Positions 20,221 to 30,242 of a stretch of DNA of 64,000 nucleotides are shown one piece after another. How positions within the stretch are numbered: position 1 is the stretch's first letter; each line of letters starts with the position of its first letter. Made by a program: the position numbers and the translations under genes. This DNA is from Alphaproteobacteria bacterium (GTDB taxonomy: Bacteria > Pseudomonadota > Alphaproteobacteria > SHVW01), in the NCBI GenBank assembly GCA_016869645.1, contig VGDO01000005.1:6885-70884 (forward strand). Direction: 5' to 3'. The notes beneath the pieces are model-generated. The model searched no databases, was not told where the DNA came from, and saw only the letters and a program-made list of their open reading frames with translations.

Positions 20221-21795
20221 ATGAGCCGAGAGACGCAATTGGGTCGAGAGATCTGGCAGATGGATCGCCGGCGGTTCCTTCAGCTTTCCGTGCCCGCAGG
20301 CGTCATGCTGTCCTTCGCTCGCGTCCTGGACGGCCACGCCGCCGTCTCGAACATGGTGTTCGGCTCGGCCGGCGGCGTGTCGCGTTTCGATCCCTATCTT
20401 TCGACCGATCTGGTCGAGAACATCGCGTTCTTCAATCTGTTCGACAACCCGGTCAGGCCCTTGCCCGATTCCAGCCTCGCGCCGAGCCTGGCGTTGAGCT
20501 GGAGCACGACCAATCCGACGACCTGGGTGTTCAAGCTGCGCCAGGGTGCGACCTGGCACAACGGCGATCCCTTCACCGTCGAGGACATGCTGTTCAGCCT
20601 GGCGCGCGTCGTCGATCCGGCGTCGCGCTCGATCTTCGCCGGCAACTTCGCGGTCATCGACAAGGCGTCCGCGATCGACAGTCACACCTTGCAGATTACG
20701 ACCAAGGGGCCGGACCCGTTCATGCCGATGCGGCTCGCGAACTACGGCTCGCATGTCCTGCCGCACAAGTATTTCCAGAGCGTCGGCCCGGCGAAGTTCG
20801 CCTCCGAACCGATCGGCACCGGTCCTTACAAGCTCAAGGAGTTCAACCCAGGGCAGGTCGTCGTGCTGGAGCGCCATCCCGGCTATTGGGAGCGGCCGCT
20901 GATGGAGACCATCACGATCAGGCGCCTGCCGGAGCTGTCGGCGCGCGTCGCTGCGCTCAAGACGGGCGAGGTCCACATGATCAACGGCGTGTCGCCCGAC
21001 GCTGCACCGCAAATCGACACGGGCACGACCCGGCCCGTCACCAGCCTGTCGGGCTCGGCGTTTTTCCTGCCGATCAACATGCGCACGGCGCCGCTCGGCA
21101 ACAAGGATATCCGCCATGCGCTCAGTCTGGCGATCGACCGCGATTCCATCAGCAAGAACCTGTTCGCCGGCCAGGCCCAGCCGCTGAAGGAGCCGATCTT
21201 GCCCGGTTCGGTCGGCGCCGATCCGTCGCGTCCGGCGCTGCGCTACGACCCCGACATGGCGAAGAGCCTGGTCAGGAAGGCCGGCTATCGCAACGAAGAG
21301 ATCCTGTTCGAGACGCTGGCCAGCCTTTATTTCGGCGTCGACCGCGACATCGCCGAGGCGATGACCGCCATGTGGGGCGCGGTCGGCTTGAACGTGAAGA
21401 TGAGCGTGCTCGAGCCGGCGGTGCGCGCGCAGAAAAACTCGGCGCGCGCGTTCAACGGCCTGTTCGCCGCCTATTTCGCCTCGCAGTACAACGATGCCGC
21501 CGGCCTGCTCTGGCGCTCGATGAACCCGAGCGGCATCCTCGCGCATTATTGGAACGTGCCCGGCGCCAACGATCCCGCGAAGTTCAACGAGCTGGGCGCC
21601 AAGGCCGTGCAAATCTTCGACGAGGCCGAGCGCGCGAAGATCTACAAGGAGATGGTCGACATCTTCCTCGACGTCATGCCCTGGATTCTGCTGTTCCAGC
21701 CGCCGATCATCTACGGCACGGTGCGCGAGTTCAAACTCAGCCCCGGCCCGAACATCCTGCTCAATTTCCGGAAGGAAACGCTGGCGCCGGCGTGA
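20221..21795 (+). CDS. ABC transporter substrate-binding protein, family 5, with Tat-type signal
   Basis: GGAGG sits 6 nt upstream of ATG 20221. The twin-arginine motif DRRRFLQLSVPAGVM is present, and the body shows SBP_bac_5 homology. Confidence 0.9.
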   Translation: MSRETQLGREIWQMDRRRFLQLSVPAGVMLSFARVLDGHAAVSNMVFGSAGGVSRFDPYLSTDLVENIAFFNLFDNPVRPLPDSSLAPSLALSWSTTNPTTWVFKLRQGATWHNGDPFTVEDMLFSLARVVDPASRSIFAGNFAVIDKASAIDSHTLQITTKGPDPFMPMRLANYGSHVLPHKYFQSVGPAKFASEPIGTGPYKLKEFNPGQVVVLERHPGYWERPLMETITIRRLPELSARVAALKTGEVHMINGVSPDAAPQIDTGTTRPVTSLSGSAFFLPINMRTAPLGNKDIRHALSLAIDRDSISKNLFAGQAQPLKEPILPGSVGADPSRPALRYDPDMAKSLVRKAGYRNEEILFETLASLYFGVDRDIAEAMTAMWGAVGLNVKMSVLEPAVRAQKNSARAFNGLFAAYFASQYNDAAGLLWRSMNPSGILAHYWNVPGANDPAKFNELGAKAVQIFDEAERAKIYKEMVDIFLDVMPWILLFQPPIIYGTVREFKLSPGPNILLNFRKETLAPA

Positions 21796-21858
21796 GCATC
21801 AGAACGGGATGTCGGTAGTTGACCTCCTCCCGCGCGCTCGCGCGGGGGAGGGAGCATC

Positions 21859-22788
21859 ATGATGCACCGCCTCGCGGTCCTGATCCTCGCCAAGCTGCTC
21901 CGCATCGTTGTGGTCATGGCGGGTGTTGTGACCATCGTTTTCCTGCTGCTGCGCCTGTCGGGCGACCCGGTCTCGGCTGTGGCGCCACCGGATGCGACCG
22001 TCGACGACATCGCGGCACTGCGCAAGGCATACGGCTTCGATCAGCCGCTGCACATTCAGTACGTGCAGTTCATCGGCAACATCCTGGTCGGCGATTTCGG
22101 CACCTCGTTCCAATACAGCCGGCCGGCCATATCCGTGGTGATGAGCCGGGTCGGCGCCACCATGACGCTCGCCGTGCTCGCCATGGCGATCTCGATCGTG
22201 ATCGCCATTCCCGTGGGCTTCATCTGCGCGCGCTACCGCAACCGGCCGTTCGATCATGCGCTGGTCGGCTTTGCCGTGCTGGGCAACACGGCGCCGACCT
22301 TCTTCGTCGGCATCGTGCTCATCCTGATCTTCTCGGTCTGGCTGCGGCTGACGCCAACCAGCGGCTCCGGCAGCTTCGCCCATCTGATCCTGCCCGTGGC
22401 GACGCTCGCGGTCGCCTCGACCGCGAGCCTGCTGCGCATGACGCGTTCGGAAGTCCTCGAAGTCCTCGGCAAGCCCTTCGTGCGCACCGCGCGCGCGCAG
22501 CGTCTGCCGCGCATTCGCTTCATCCTGGCCTATGTGCTCAAGAATGCCGCCATCCCGATCGTGACCCTGGCCGGTCTGCAGTTCGGTGTGCTGCTCAGCG
22601 GCGCCATCGTGACGGAAACGGTGTTCGGCTGGCCCGGCATCGGCACGCTGGCGCTCGAGGCGATCAGCCGGCGCGACTACGCCGTCGTGCAGGCCGTGGT
22701 CTGCATCACGGCCTTCATCTTCGTGGCGCTCAACGCCGTGATCGACGTCGTCTATCAGCTCCTCGATCCGCGCATTGCCGTGGAGTAG
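21859..22788 (+). CDS. ABC transporter permease (DppB-like)
   Basis: MMHRLAVLILAKLLRIVVVMAGVVTIVFLLLRLSGDP... is the typical DppB N-terminus, followed by six TM segments. Confidence 0.9.
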   Translation: MMHRLAVLILAKLLRIVVVMAGVVTIVFLLLRLSGDPVSAVAPPDATVDDIAALRKAYGFDQPLHIQYVQFIGNILVGDFGTSFQYSRPAISVVMSRVGATMTLAVLAMAISIVIAIPVGFICARYRNRPFDHALVGFAVLGNTAPTFFVGIVLILIFSVWLRLTPTSGSGSFAHLILPVATLAVASTASLLRMTRSEVLEVLGKPFVRTARAQRLPRIRFILAYVLKNAAIPIVTLAGLQFGVLLSGAIVTETVFGWPGIGTLALEAISRRDYAVVQAVVCITAFIFVALNAVIDVVYQLLDPRIAVE

Positions 22789-22827
22789 CAGCATGAGCCG
22801 GCAGCGCCTCCATCGGGCAGACTCGGC

Positions 22828-23688
22828 ATGAGCGGCGTCAGCCTCGATATTGCCGCGCAGGGCGGCGAGGCAACCTCGTCCCGGCGCTTCGGGCCGCTCA
22901 ATGCTTTCTTTGTCGCGTGGCTCCTGCTCATGTTGGCGGCGGCGCTGTTCGGGCCGGTCCTGTTTGGCGACCAGGCGATGCAGCAGAGTCTGGGCACGCG
23001 GCTCAAGCCGCCGGGTGCCGCGCACTGGATGGGTACGGATCAGGTGGGCCGCGACATCTTTGCCCGCGTCATCGTCGGCGCGCGTCCCACGCTGGTGATC
23101 GCGCTGTTCGGCGTGCTGGCGGGCATGCTGCTGGGCACGGTCACCGGCACGCTGGCGGGCTATTTCGGTGGCGCGGTCGATCGTGTGTGCATGGCGCTGG
23201 TCGACGTCAAGCTGGCCTTCCCGACCATCCTGTTCGCCATCGGCGTGATCGCCGTGTTCGGCACCAGCACGACCATCCTGGTGATCGTCGTCGGCCTGAC
23301 CGGGTGGGTGACCTATGCCCGCGTGCAGCGCAGCGTCGTGCTCAAGGTCAACGCGCAAACCTATATCGAGGCGTCGCGGGCGGTCGGCTCGTCCCATCTC
23401 CGCGTCGTATGCCGCCATATCATTCCGAACTCGCTGTCGCCGTTGCTCGTCGTCGCCAGCATTGATCTCGTCCGCGTCATTCTGCTCGAGGCCTCGCTCA
23501 GTTTCCTCGGTCTCGGCATCCAGCCGCCGACGCCGAGCTGGGGTGGCATGATCAATTCCGGGCGCAGCTATCTGGAGACGGCCTGGTGGATCTGCGTCTG
23601 CCCGGGCCTGGTCATCATGATGACCGCGCTCAGCATATCCAGGCTCGGCGACTGGCTGCGCGACGTGCTCGATCCCGACCTGAGTTGA
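22828..23688 (+). CDS. ABC transporter permease (DppC-like)
   Basis: ...FGPLNAFFVAWLLLMLAAALFGPVLFGDQAM...HWMGTDQVGRDIFARV is the DppC signature. Confidence 0.85.
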   Translation: MSGVSLDIAAQGGEATSSRRFGPLNAFFVAWLLLMLAAALFGPVLFGDQAMQQSLGTRLKPPGAAHWMGTDQVGRDIFARVIVGARPTLVIALFGVLAGMLLGTVTGTLAGYFGGAVDRVCMALVDVKLAFPTILFAIGVIAVFGTSTTILVIVVGLTGWVTYARVQRSVVLKVNAQTYIEASRAVGSSHLRVVCRHIIPNSLSPLLVVASIDLVRVILLEASLSFLGLGIQPPTPSWGGMINSGRSYLETAWWICVCPGLVIMMTALSISRLGDWLRDVLDPDLS

Positions 23689-23697
23689 CGGTCGCCG

Positions 23698-24774
23698 ATG
23701 CAGCCGGCCCGGACCGACAGCCGACGACCTGATCCCGCTCCTGTGGCGAGCGGTTATTCTCTGATCGTCAGGGACCTTCACGTCCATCTTCGCTCGCGCC
23801 ACGGCACCGTGCATGCGGTCAACGGCATCTCCTTTGCCGTGAAGCCCGGCGAGATCCTGGGCATCGTCGGCGAATCCGGCAGCGGCAAGTCGGTGGCCAT
23901 GCTGGCCGTGATGGGCTTCTTCGACCGCGAGGCCGCGCGCCTGATCTCCGGATCGGTGACGGTCGGCGGAACGGAATGGCGCGAGCTGGCGGCTCCCGAT
24001 CCCTGGTCGTCGCGCTCGCCCGAGCTCGCGATCATCTTCCAGGACGCCGTGTCCTCGCTCAATCCCGTGCTGACCGTCGGCAGCCAGATGACCGACACGC
24101 TGATGGCGCGGCAGCCTAAGTCAGGCGGGGGCATGCCCCGCCCGGCGGCGCGACGGCGTGCCGCCGAGCTGCTCGACCTCGTGCGCATCCCCGACGCCGC
24201 GCGCTGCCTCGACCTCTATCCGCACCAGCTCTCGGGCGGCATGTGCCAACGCGTGATGATTGCCATGGCCATCAGCGCAGACCCCAGCGTGCTGATCGCC
24301 GACGAGCCGACCACCGCGCTCGACGTCACGGTGCAGTCGCAGATTCTCGACGTCCTGCTCGAGATTCGTCAGCGCACCGGCATGTCGATCGTCATGATCA
24401 GCCATGATTTCGGCGTCATCGCCCGCGTCGCCGACCGCGTCCAAGTCATGTATGCCGGCCGGATCGTCGAGCGCGGCGGCGTCGACGACATATTCAGCCG
24501 GCCGCAGCATCCCTACACCCGCGCATTGCTGGCGTGCAGTCCGCGCATCGACCGTGGCGAGCAGGCGTCGCAGATCATCCCGGGTGCTCCGCCGGACATG
24601 CGGCTGGCCTTCGCGGGATGTCCGTTCGCGGCGCGCTGCGCCGAGGTCATGGGGGTCTGCCGGCGCGACGAGCCCGCGCTCCGACCAGTCGGCAGCGGAG
24701 CCGTCCTGGAGCGGTACGCGGCCTCGTGCTGGCTGCCGCGGATCGCTGACGCCGGGAATGGCGATGGTCGCTGA
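23698..24774 (+). CDS. ABC transporter ATP-binding protein (DppD-like)
   Basis: [29 protein letters not shown] and [10 protein letters not shown] are present. The true start could lie a few codons downstream. Confidence 0.85.
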   Translation: MQPARTDSRRPDPAPVASGYSLIVRDLHVHLRSRHGTVHAVNGISFAVKPGEILGIVGESGSGKSVAMLAVMGFFDREAARLISGSVTVGGTEWRELAAPDPWSSRSPELAIIFQDAVSSLNPVLTVGSQMTDTLMARQPKSGGGMPRPAARRRAAELLDLVRIPDAARCLDLYPHQLSGGMCQRVMIAMAISADPSVLIADEPTTALDVTVQSQILDVLLEIRQRTGMSIVMISHDFGVIARVADRVQVMYAGRIVERGGVDDIFSRPQHPYTRALLACSPRIDRGEQASQIIPGAPPDMRLAFAGCPFAARCAEVMGVCRRDEPALRPVGSGAVLERYAASCWLPRIADAGNGDGR

Positions 24775-25792
24775 GCCGGCACGGGCGGCAGGTCCGGCGT
24801 CGAGCGCTCCGCTTCTCGCGCTCGACGACGTCACGGTCGAGTTCGCCGGACGCCGGCGCCTGGGCCGGCCGCCACCCGCGCCGGTCCGCGCGGTCGATCG
24901 CGTCTCGCTGCGGGTCGATCGCGGCGAGATCCTCGGCCTGGTCGGCGAGTCGGGCTGCGGCAAGAGCACGCTCGGCCGCGTGATCGCCGGCATCATCGAG
25001 CCGACCGCGGGGCGAGTCGCGATCGACGGCCGCGACATCGCCTCCTACCGCGGGGCCGAACGGCGCACGCTCCGGCGCATGCTGCAGATGGTGTTCCAGA
25101 ATCCCTATGGCGCACTCGATCCGCGCATGCGCGTTGACGCGATCGTGCGCGAACCTCTCGATGCCAATGGCATCGGCTCGCCCGGCGAACGCAGGGAAAG
25201 GGTCGCCAAGGCGCTTGGATTGGTCGGTCTTGGCGCCCAGCACGCGATGGCCCTGCCGGGCAAGCTGTCGGGCGGTCAGCAGCAGCGCGTCGGCATCGCG
25301 CGCGCCCTCGTCACCTCGCCGGCGCTGCTCGTCTGCGATGAGGTGACGAGCGCGCTCGACGTCAGCATCAAGATGCAGATCTCCGAGCTGCTGCTGGCGC
25401 TGCATCGCGAGCTCGACCTGGTCTATGTCTTCATCTCGCACGATCTCGGCGTGGTCCGGCGCCTTGCGACGCGGATCGCCGTCATGTATCTGGGGCAGAT
25501 CGTCGAGCTCGCCGATACGGCGTCGTTCTACGCCGGTCCCGCGCATCCCTATGCGCGCGCCTTGTTGACAGCCGTGCCGATTCCCGATCCCGCCGCCGAG
25601 CGCGGTCGCGCCCGTCTGCTCATCACTGGCGAGGTGCCGAGCCCGTCGAACCCGCCGAGCGGTTGCCGCTTCCGGACGCGCTGCCCCTTCGCCCAGCAGC
25701 GCTGCACCGACGAGCCGCCGCAGCTGCGGCAGATCGCCGGCGCGCGCACCGTGGCGTGCCACTTTCCGTTGATAGGCGCCGATAGTGGATAG
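24758..25792 (+). CDS. ABC transporter ATP-binding protein (DppF-like)
   Basis: Start at ATG 24758 (MAMVAEP...), overlapping the preceding gene by 17 nt. [18 protein letters not shown] and [11 protein letters not shown] are present. Confidence 0.85.
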   Translation: MAMVAEPARAAGPASSAPLLALDDVTVEFAGRRRLGRPPPAPVRAVDRVSLRVDRGEILGLVGESGCGKSTLGRVIAGIIEPTAGRVAIDGRDIASYRGAERRTLRRMLQMVFQNPYGALDPRMRVDAIVREPLDANGIGSPGERRERVAKALGLVGLGAQHAMALPGKLSGGQQQRVGIARALVTSPALLVCDEVTSALDVSIKMQISELLLALHRELDLVYVFISHDLGVVRRLATRIAVMYLGQIVELADTASFYAGPAHPYARALLTAVPIPDPAAERGRARLLITGEVPSPSNPPSGCRFRTRCPFAQQRCTDEPPQLRQIAGARTVACHFPLIGADSG

Positions 25793-25917
25793 CGAGGGAA
25801 CGATGCATTGACGGAGAAGAAGGCGCGGGCCTACCGTGCCGCGCCGAAATGAGCTGCCGCACATGAAAATTCAATAATGCGCAGCATGCCGAGATTGCCT
25901 CGCGAAGGAGACTGTCG

Positions 25918-26655
25918 ATGGTGATTGAGCCGATGTATGGCTGGCGTTGCCGGATCGGGCGGATCACGCCCGCGACCGCCTTGGAGGGAATCGAGGAATG
26001 GCGTCGCTGGTCGCCGCCGGGTGTCGCCATCATGCCGTCGCTGATCAACACCGGCCTGATGACCCACAAGGACATGAAGAAGATGATGTCGAACGTCGAC
26101 CGCGCGGCGGAAGACGTCGCGCAGGCGCAGGTCGATGTCGTCATCCAGTGCTGCGCGCCCGGCACCTTCACGCAGGGGCCCGGCACCGACGAAAAGGTGA
26201 TCGCCCGGCTCAAGAAGATCACGGGCAAGCCGGCGACGACCATGCACCAAGCGACCATCGACGCGATGAAGGCGCTGGGCATGAAGCGCATCGCCATGTC
26301 GACCGCCTATCGCGACGATTTCAACAAGGACATGCAGGCCGACCTGATCCGGCGCGGCTTCAAGATCCTGTCCGTCGTCGGCCTCAACACGGCCGATCCC
26401 AAGACGCTGCCCTTCATCGGGCCGGAGCGGCCGTTCCGCGCCATGGTCGAGGCGGCGCGCCTGGCCAAGGGCAAGGGTGCCGACGGCGTCATCTTCGCGG
26501 GCGGCGGCATGCGCAGCTTCGAGATGATCAACGCGGCCGAGCGCGAGACGGGATTGCCCGTGGTGACCGGCGGTCAGGCCGGTTTCTGGCGCTGCCTCAG
26601 GCTTGCCGGCATCGACTACAACATCGAAAGCCTGGGCAGCCTGTTCACCAAGTAA
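25918..26655 (+). CDS. Asp/Glu/hydantoin racemase-superfamily protein (maleate isomerase / arylmalonate decarboxylase-like)
   Basis: MYGWRCRIGRITPAT...VVIQCCAPGT...GADGVIFAGGGM. AAGGAG sits 7 nt upstream. It is the last gene of the SBP-B-C-D-F operon. Confidence 0.75.
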   Translation: MVIEPMYGWRCRIGRITPATALEGIEEWRRWSPPGVAIMPSLINTGLMTHKDMKKMMSNVDRAAEDVAQAQVDVVIQCCAPGTFTQGPGTDEKVIARLKKITGKPATTMHQATIDAMKALGMKRIAMSTAYRDDFNKDMQADLIRRGFKILSVVGLNTADPKTLPFIGPERPFRAMVEAARLAKGKGADGVIFAGGGMRSFEMINAAERETGLPVVTGGQAGFWRCLRLAGIDYNIESLGSLFTK

Positions 26656-26665
26656 GTGTAACCGC

Positions 26666-26971
26666 TCAGCGCTGCTGCTCGAACATCTGGTCGCCCTGCT
26701 CGTCGATGATGCGCTTGGCCTTGGAGATGCTGGTCGCAACCGCGGCCTCGCGCTCGGCATAGGCATCGGCGCGGATGAAGCGCGATTCCCTCGGCCCTTC
26801 GGGAAACTGCTTGCTGATGGTCCCTTCGGTGGTCCAGGTCGAGCCCTGCTGGCGCGGCGTCGCCACGATCATATAGCCCTTGTATTCGACAGGGTCCGCG
26901 GCGACTGCGGCTTCACCGCCTCCGCCGCCGCTGAACAGGCCGCGCAGGAATTCGCCAAGACTGAACGCCAT
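26666..26971 (-). CDS. Small hypothetical protein (101 aa), Gly-rich N-terminus
   Basis: A GGGAGGA RBS sits 7 nt upstream of the ATG. GC3-rich codon usage matches the genome. No family was recognised. Confidence 0.6.
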   Translation of the reverse strand: MAFSLGEFLRGLFSGGGGGEAAVAADPVEYKGYMIVATPRQQGSTWTTEGTISKQFPEGPRESRFIRADAYAEREAAVATSISKAKRIIDEQGDQMFEQQR

Positions 26972-27130
26972 GACACGATCCTCCCTGACTGGGTTCTTCT
27001 TTCGACCTGCAACGCTCGACAGGATGACCTTTAAGCCGGCGCTTGAGAAGAGGGTTGGGATCTTTTCAAGGCGCTGGCGATCGGCTAGCTAGGGCGGTGC
27101 GACGAAACCGCCAGACCCCGGGGGAATCCC

Positions 27131-27457
27131 ATGATCTACGAGCTCAGGATCTACCACTGCATCGCCGGGCGCCTGCCCGCGCTCATCAAGCGCTTCGAGA
27201 CCACGACGTTGAAGATCTGGGAGCGCCACGGCATCCGGCAGGCCGGTTTTTGGACCGTGGCGATCGGCGATTCGAACCAGGATCTCTACTACATGATCGC
27301 CTGGGATTCGCTGGCCGACCGCGAGAAGAAGTGGACGGCCTTCATGGCCGATCCGGAATGGCAGGCAAAGCGCGCCGAGTCCGAGAAGGACGGCCTGATC
27401 ATCGCGTCGATTACCAACATGATGCTGCAGCCGACGAGCTTCTCGTCGGTGAAGTGA
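27131..27457 (+). CDS. NIPSNAP family protein
   Basis: MIYELRIYHCIAGRLPALIKRFETTTLKIWERHGIRQAGFWT... is a NIPSNAP domain (~108 aa). Confidence 0.8.
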   Translation: MIYELRIYHCIAGRLPALIKRFETTTLKIWERHGIRQAGFWTVAIGDSNQDLYYMIAWDSLADREKKWTAFMADPEWQAKRAESEKDGLIIASITNMMLQPTSFSSVK

Positions 27458-27461
27458 GCCA

Positions 27462-28334
27462 TCAAGTTCCTGGCCGTATCCCGTCGAGGCCGTCGACGTC
27501 GCGCGCCGAGACGCAGATGCTGGCGAGCGTTCGCTCCTCTTCATAGGGCCAGGGCCGGCCGCGATGGAGCACGGCGCGCTCGTCCCAGATCAGTACGTCG
27601 CCCGGCCGCCATGCGTGGGTGTAGACCGTTCCGGGGCGGGTCGCGAAGGCGATCAGTTCGTCTATCAGCGCGCGGCCTTCAGCCTCCGGCAGCCCGTCGA
27701 CCGCGAAGGCATGCGAGGCGATATAGAGTGAATCCTCGCCGTTGATGGGATTGCGCCAGACCGCCTTCCAGGCCTGGCTGCCCCATTTCGTGTAGCGCTC
27801 CAGCCTGGCGAGCTCGGCCGACACCTTGGCGCGAGAATGCGCGGCGCTGTGATGAACCACCGCATGCCTCGCCTTAGCCTTGAGCGATTCGGGCAGATCG
27901 CGCCAGGCGGCGCGCGTTGAGGCGAATTCCGTTTCGCCGCCGCGCGAGCTCAGAACGCAGGCCGCGAGAATGTTGATGAGCGCGGGCACGGGCAGAAACG
28001 TGCTGTCGGTGTGCCAGAGCTGATTGGCGATCAGGTTCAGCGTGACGTGATCATCGGGTGCCGCGATCCGATCGTCGGCCATTCGGTTGGTCACGTTGTC
28101 CATGCGCGGCTCCGGACCGTTGCGTCCCTGCGAGCGGTCCTCGATCGGTCCGAACAGAGCGCCGAGCGCTAGGTGGGCTTCATCGTCGAGCTGCTGATTG
28201 CGGAAGAGTAGGAGCGAATGGGATTCAAACGCGGCGCGGATCTCGGGATACCCGTCATCCGCAGTCACGCGCGTCAGATCGACGTCGTGGATCTCGACGC
28301 CGAAGCGGGAATGAAGCGGTGTGCTGCGCATCAA
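27462..28334 (-). CDS. TauD/TfdA family Fe(II)/2-oxoglutarate-dependent dioxygenase
   Basis: FGVEIHDVDL...YPEIRAAFESHSLLLFRNQQL...WHTDSTF...HAW is the TauD/TfdA pattern, including the HxD facial triad region. Confidence 0.85.
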   Translation of the reverse strand: MMRSTPLHSRFGVEIHDVDLTRVTADDGYPEIRAAFESHSLLLFRNQQLDDEAHLALGALFGPIEDRSQGRNGPEPRMDNVTNRMADDRIAAPDDHVTLNLIANQLWHTDSTFLPVPALINILAACVLSSRGGETEFASTRAAWRDLPESLKAKARHAVVHHSAAHSRAKVSAELARLERYTKWGSQAWKAVWRNPINGEDSLYIASHAFAVDGLPEAEGRALIDELIAFATRPGTVYTHAWRPGDVLIWDERAVLHRGRPWPYEEERTLASICVSARDVDGLDGIRPGT

Positions 28335-28469
28335 GATTGACGCTAGAGATCAAGCGACATCGGGTCAATGCGGCAGGTTCCCTGGCGCATGACTGTCACA
28401 TAGCGGCGTCGCAATTCCGAAGATCGGCGTCGTACGGGCATTTGACGGGTCGATTCTCCGACACCTATC

Positions 28470-30140
28470 ATGACCGCCAACAACGCGGTTCACCAGCAAG
28501 CAGCCGCCGCCTCAAGCGAACAAAACAGACACAGGGAGAGGACCACGCGCGAAATAGACTATTGGACCCAACAGGTTGCGAAGGGCCGTATCTTCAGGCG
28601 CGAGTTCATGGGGCGCGCCGCGGCGCTCGGCGTCTCCACGGCTATGGCGACCAGCATGCTGTCGGCGGCCGGCGTGGCGCAGCAGCCCAAGCGCGGCGGC
28701 CTCGCGCGCTTCGGCCTGGCGCACGGTGCGACCACCGACTCGCTGGATCCGGGCACCTATCCCGACACCTTCTCGCAATGCGCGTTCTCGGGCGCGATGT
28801 CGAACACGCTGACCGAGCTCGATCCGGACGGCAAGGTGATCGGCGATCTCGCCGAGAGCTTCGAGCCGTCGAACAGCGCCAAGACCTGAGTCTTCCGCCT
28901 GCACAAGGGACTGACCTTCCACAACGGCAAGACCGTGACCGCGGCCGATGCCGTCGCTTCGATTCAGTACCACATGGGTGCCAACTCGAAATCGGCGGCG
29001 AAGTCGCTGGTCGCGGCCATCACCGACATCAAGGCCGACGGCCCGAACAACGTGGTGATCACGCTGCGCGAAGGCAGCGCCGATTTCGCCGCCATCATGA
29101 GCGACTACCATCTCGTGATCTCGCCGGCGAAGTCCGATAGCACGTCGGACTGGCAATCGGGCGTGCGCACCGGCCCGTTCGTCTATGACCGCTTCACGCC
29201 CGGCGTCAGCGCCAAGCTGAAGCGCAATCCCAACTACCACCGCTCGGGCATGCCCTATTTCGACGAGGTCGAATTCCTGGCGCTGACCGATGTCGCGGCG
29301 CGCACCAACGCGCTGACCACGGGCGAGACCCACTTCATGAGCCGCTGCGACCTCAAGACCGTCCACCTGCTCAAGCGCAATCAGAACGTGAATGTCTACG
29401 AGCTGACCGGCCTCGGTCACTATGCGTTCCCGATGAACACGACCGTGGCGCCCTTCGACAATGTCGATGTGCGCAAGGCGCTCAAATACGCGGTTGACCG
29501 CCAGGACATCGTCAACAAGATCTTCCTCGGCTATGCCGCGGTCGCCAACGACAATCCGATCGCGCCGAGCATCCGCTATGCGATCGACCCGCTGCCCAAG
29601 CACGTCTACGACATCGACAAGGCCAAGTTCCATCTGAAGCAGGCCGGCCTGTCCAATCTCAAGGTCGCGATCAACGTCGCCGACGCCGCCTTCAACGGCG
29701 CGGTCGACACGGCGGTGCTCTACAAGGAGCACGCGGCCAAGGCCGGCATCGACATCGAGGTCGTGCGCGAGCCGAACGACGGCTATTGGGACAAGGTGTG
29801 GCTCAAGAAGCCCTGGTGCGCGACCTATTGGGGCGGCCGCGTCACCTGCGACTGGATGTTCACCACGGCCTATGCCGAGGGTGCGGCCTGGAACGAGACG
29901 TTCTGGAAGCACCCCAAGTTCAACCAGCTCCTGCTGCAGGCGCGCTCCGAGACCGACGACAAGAAGCGCGCAGACATGTATGCCGAGATGCAGCAGCTCG
30001 TGCACGACGATGGCGGCGCCGTCGTCCTCGTCTTCTACAAATATGTCAGCGCGCATTCGAAGAAGCTGGCCCATGGCCGCATCTCCAGCGTCTTCGACCT
30101 CGACGGTCTGCGCATCGCCGAGCGGTGGTGGCTGACCTGA
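28470..30140 (+). pseudogene. Family-5 ABC substrate-binding protein gene interrupted by one in-frame TGA (28887-28889) at a conserved Trp position
   Basis: Track ORFs 28470..28889 and 28935..30140 share a frame. The sequence AAG ACC TGA GTC TTC CGC reads ...AKT*VFRLHKGLTFHNGK, where family-5 SBPs have KTW-x-F-x-LRKG. A Tat-like signal (RREFMGRAAALGV) lies upstream. Confidence 0.7.
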
Positions 30141-30242
30141 GCCGCAATCGCGGCTGCACGTGACGGATAGCCATCGAGCGGGCAGGGGGCCGATGCCTCT
30201 CGCCCGCCCGATGGCGTCCCTCACCTGAGGGGTGCCGGCGGC

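Noticed and set aside
21799-23814. 671-aa ORF on the - strand
   Set aside because: It is antisense to the two permease genes 21859..23688. It is low-complexity and Arg/His/Asp-rich.
28887-28889. In-frame TGA in the SBP gene as a possible selenocysteine or recoding site
   Set aside because: A periplasmic binding protein has no known selenoprotein homologues, and no SECIS-like hairpin is evident immediately downstream. The conserved residue at this position is Trp (TGG), so a point mutation or sequencing error is far more likely.
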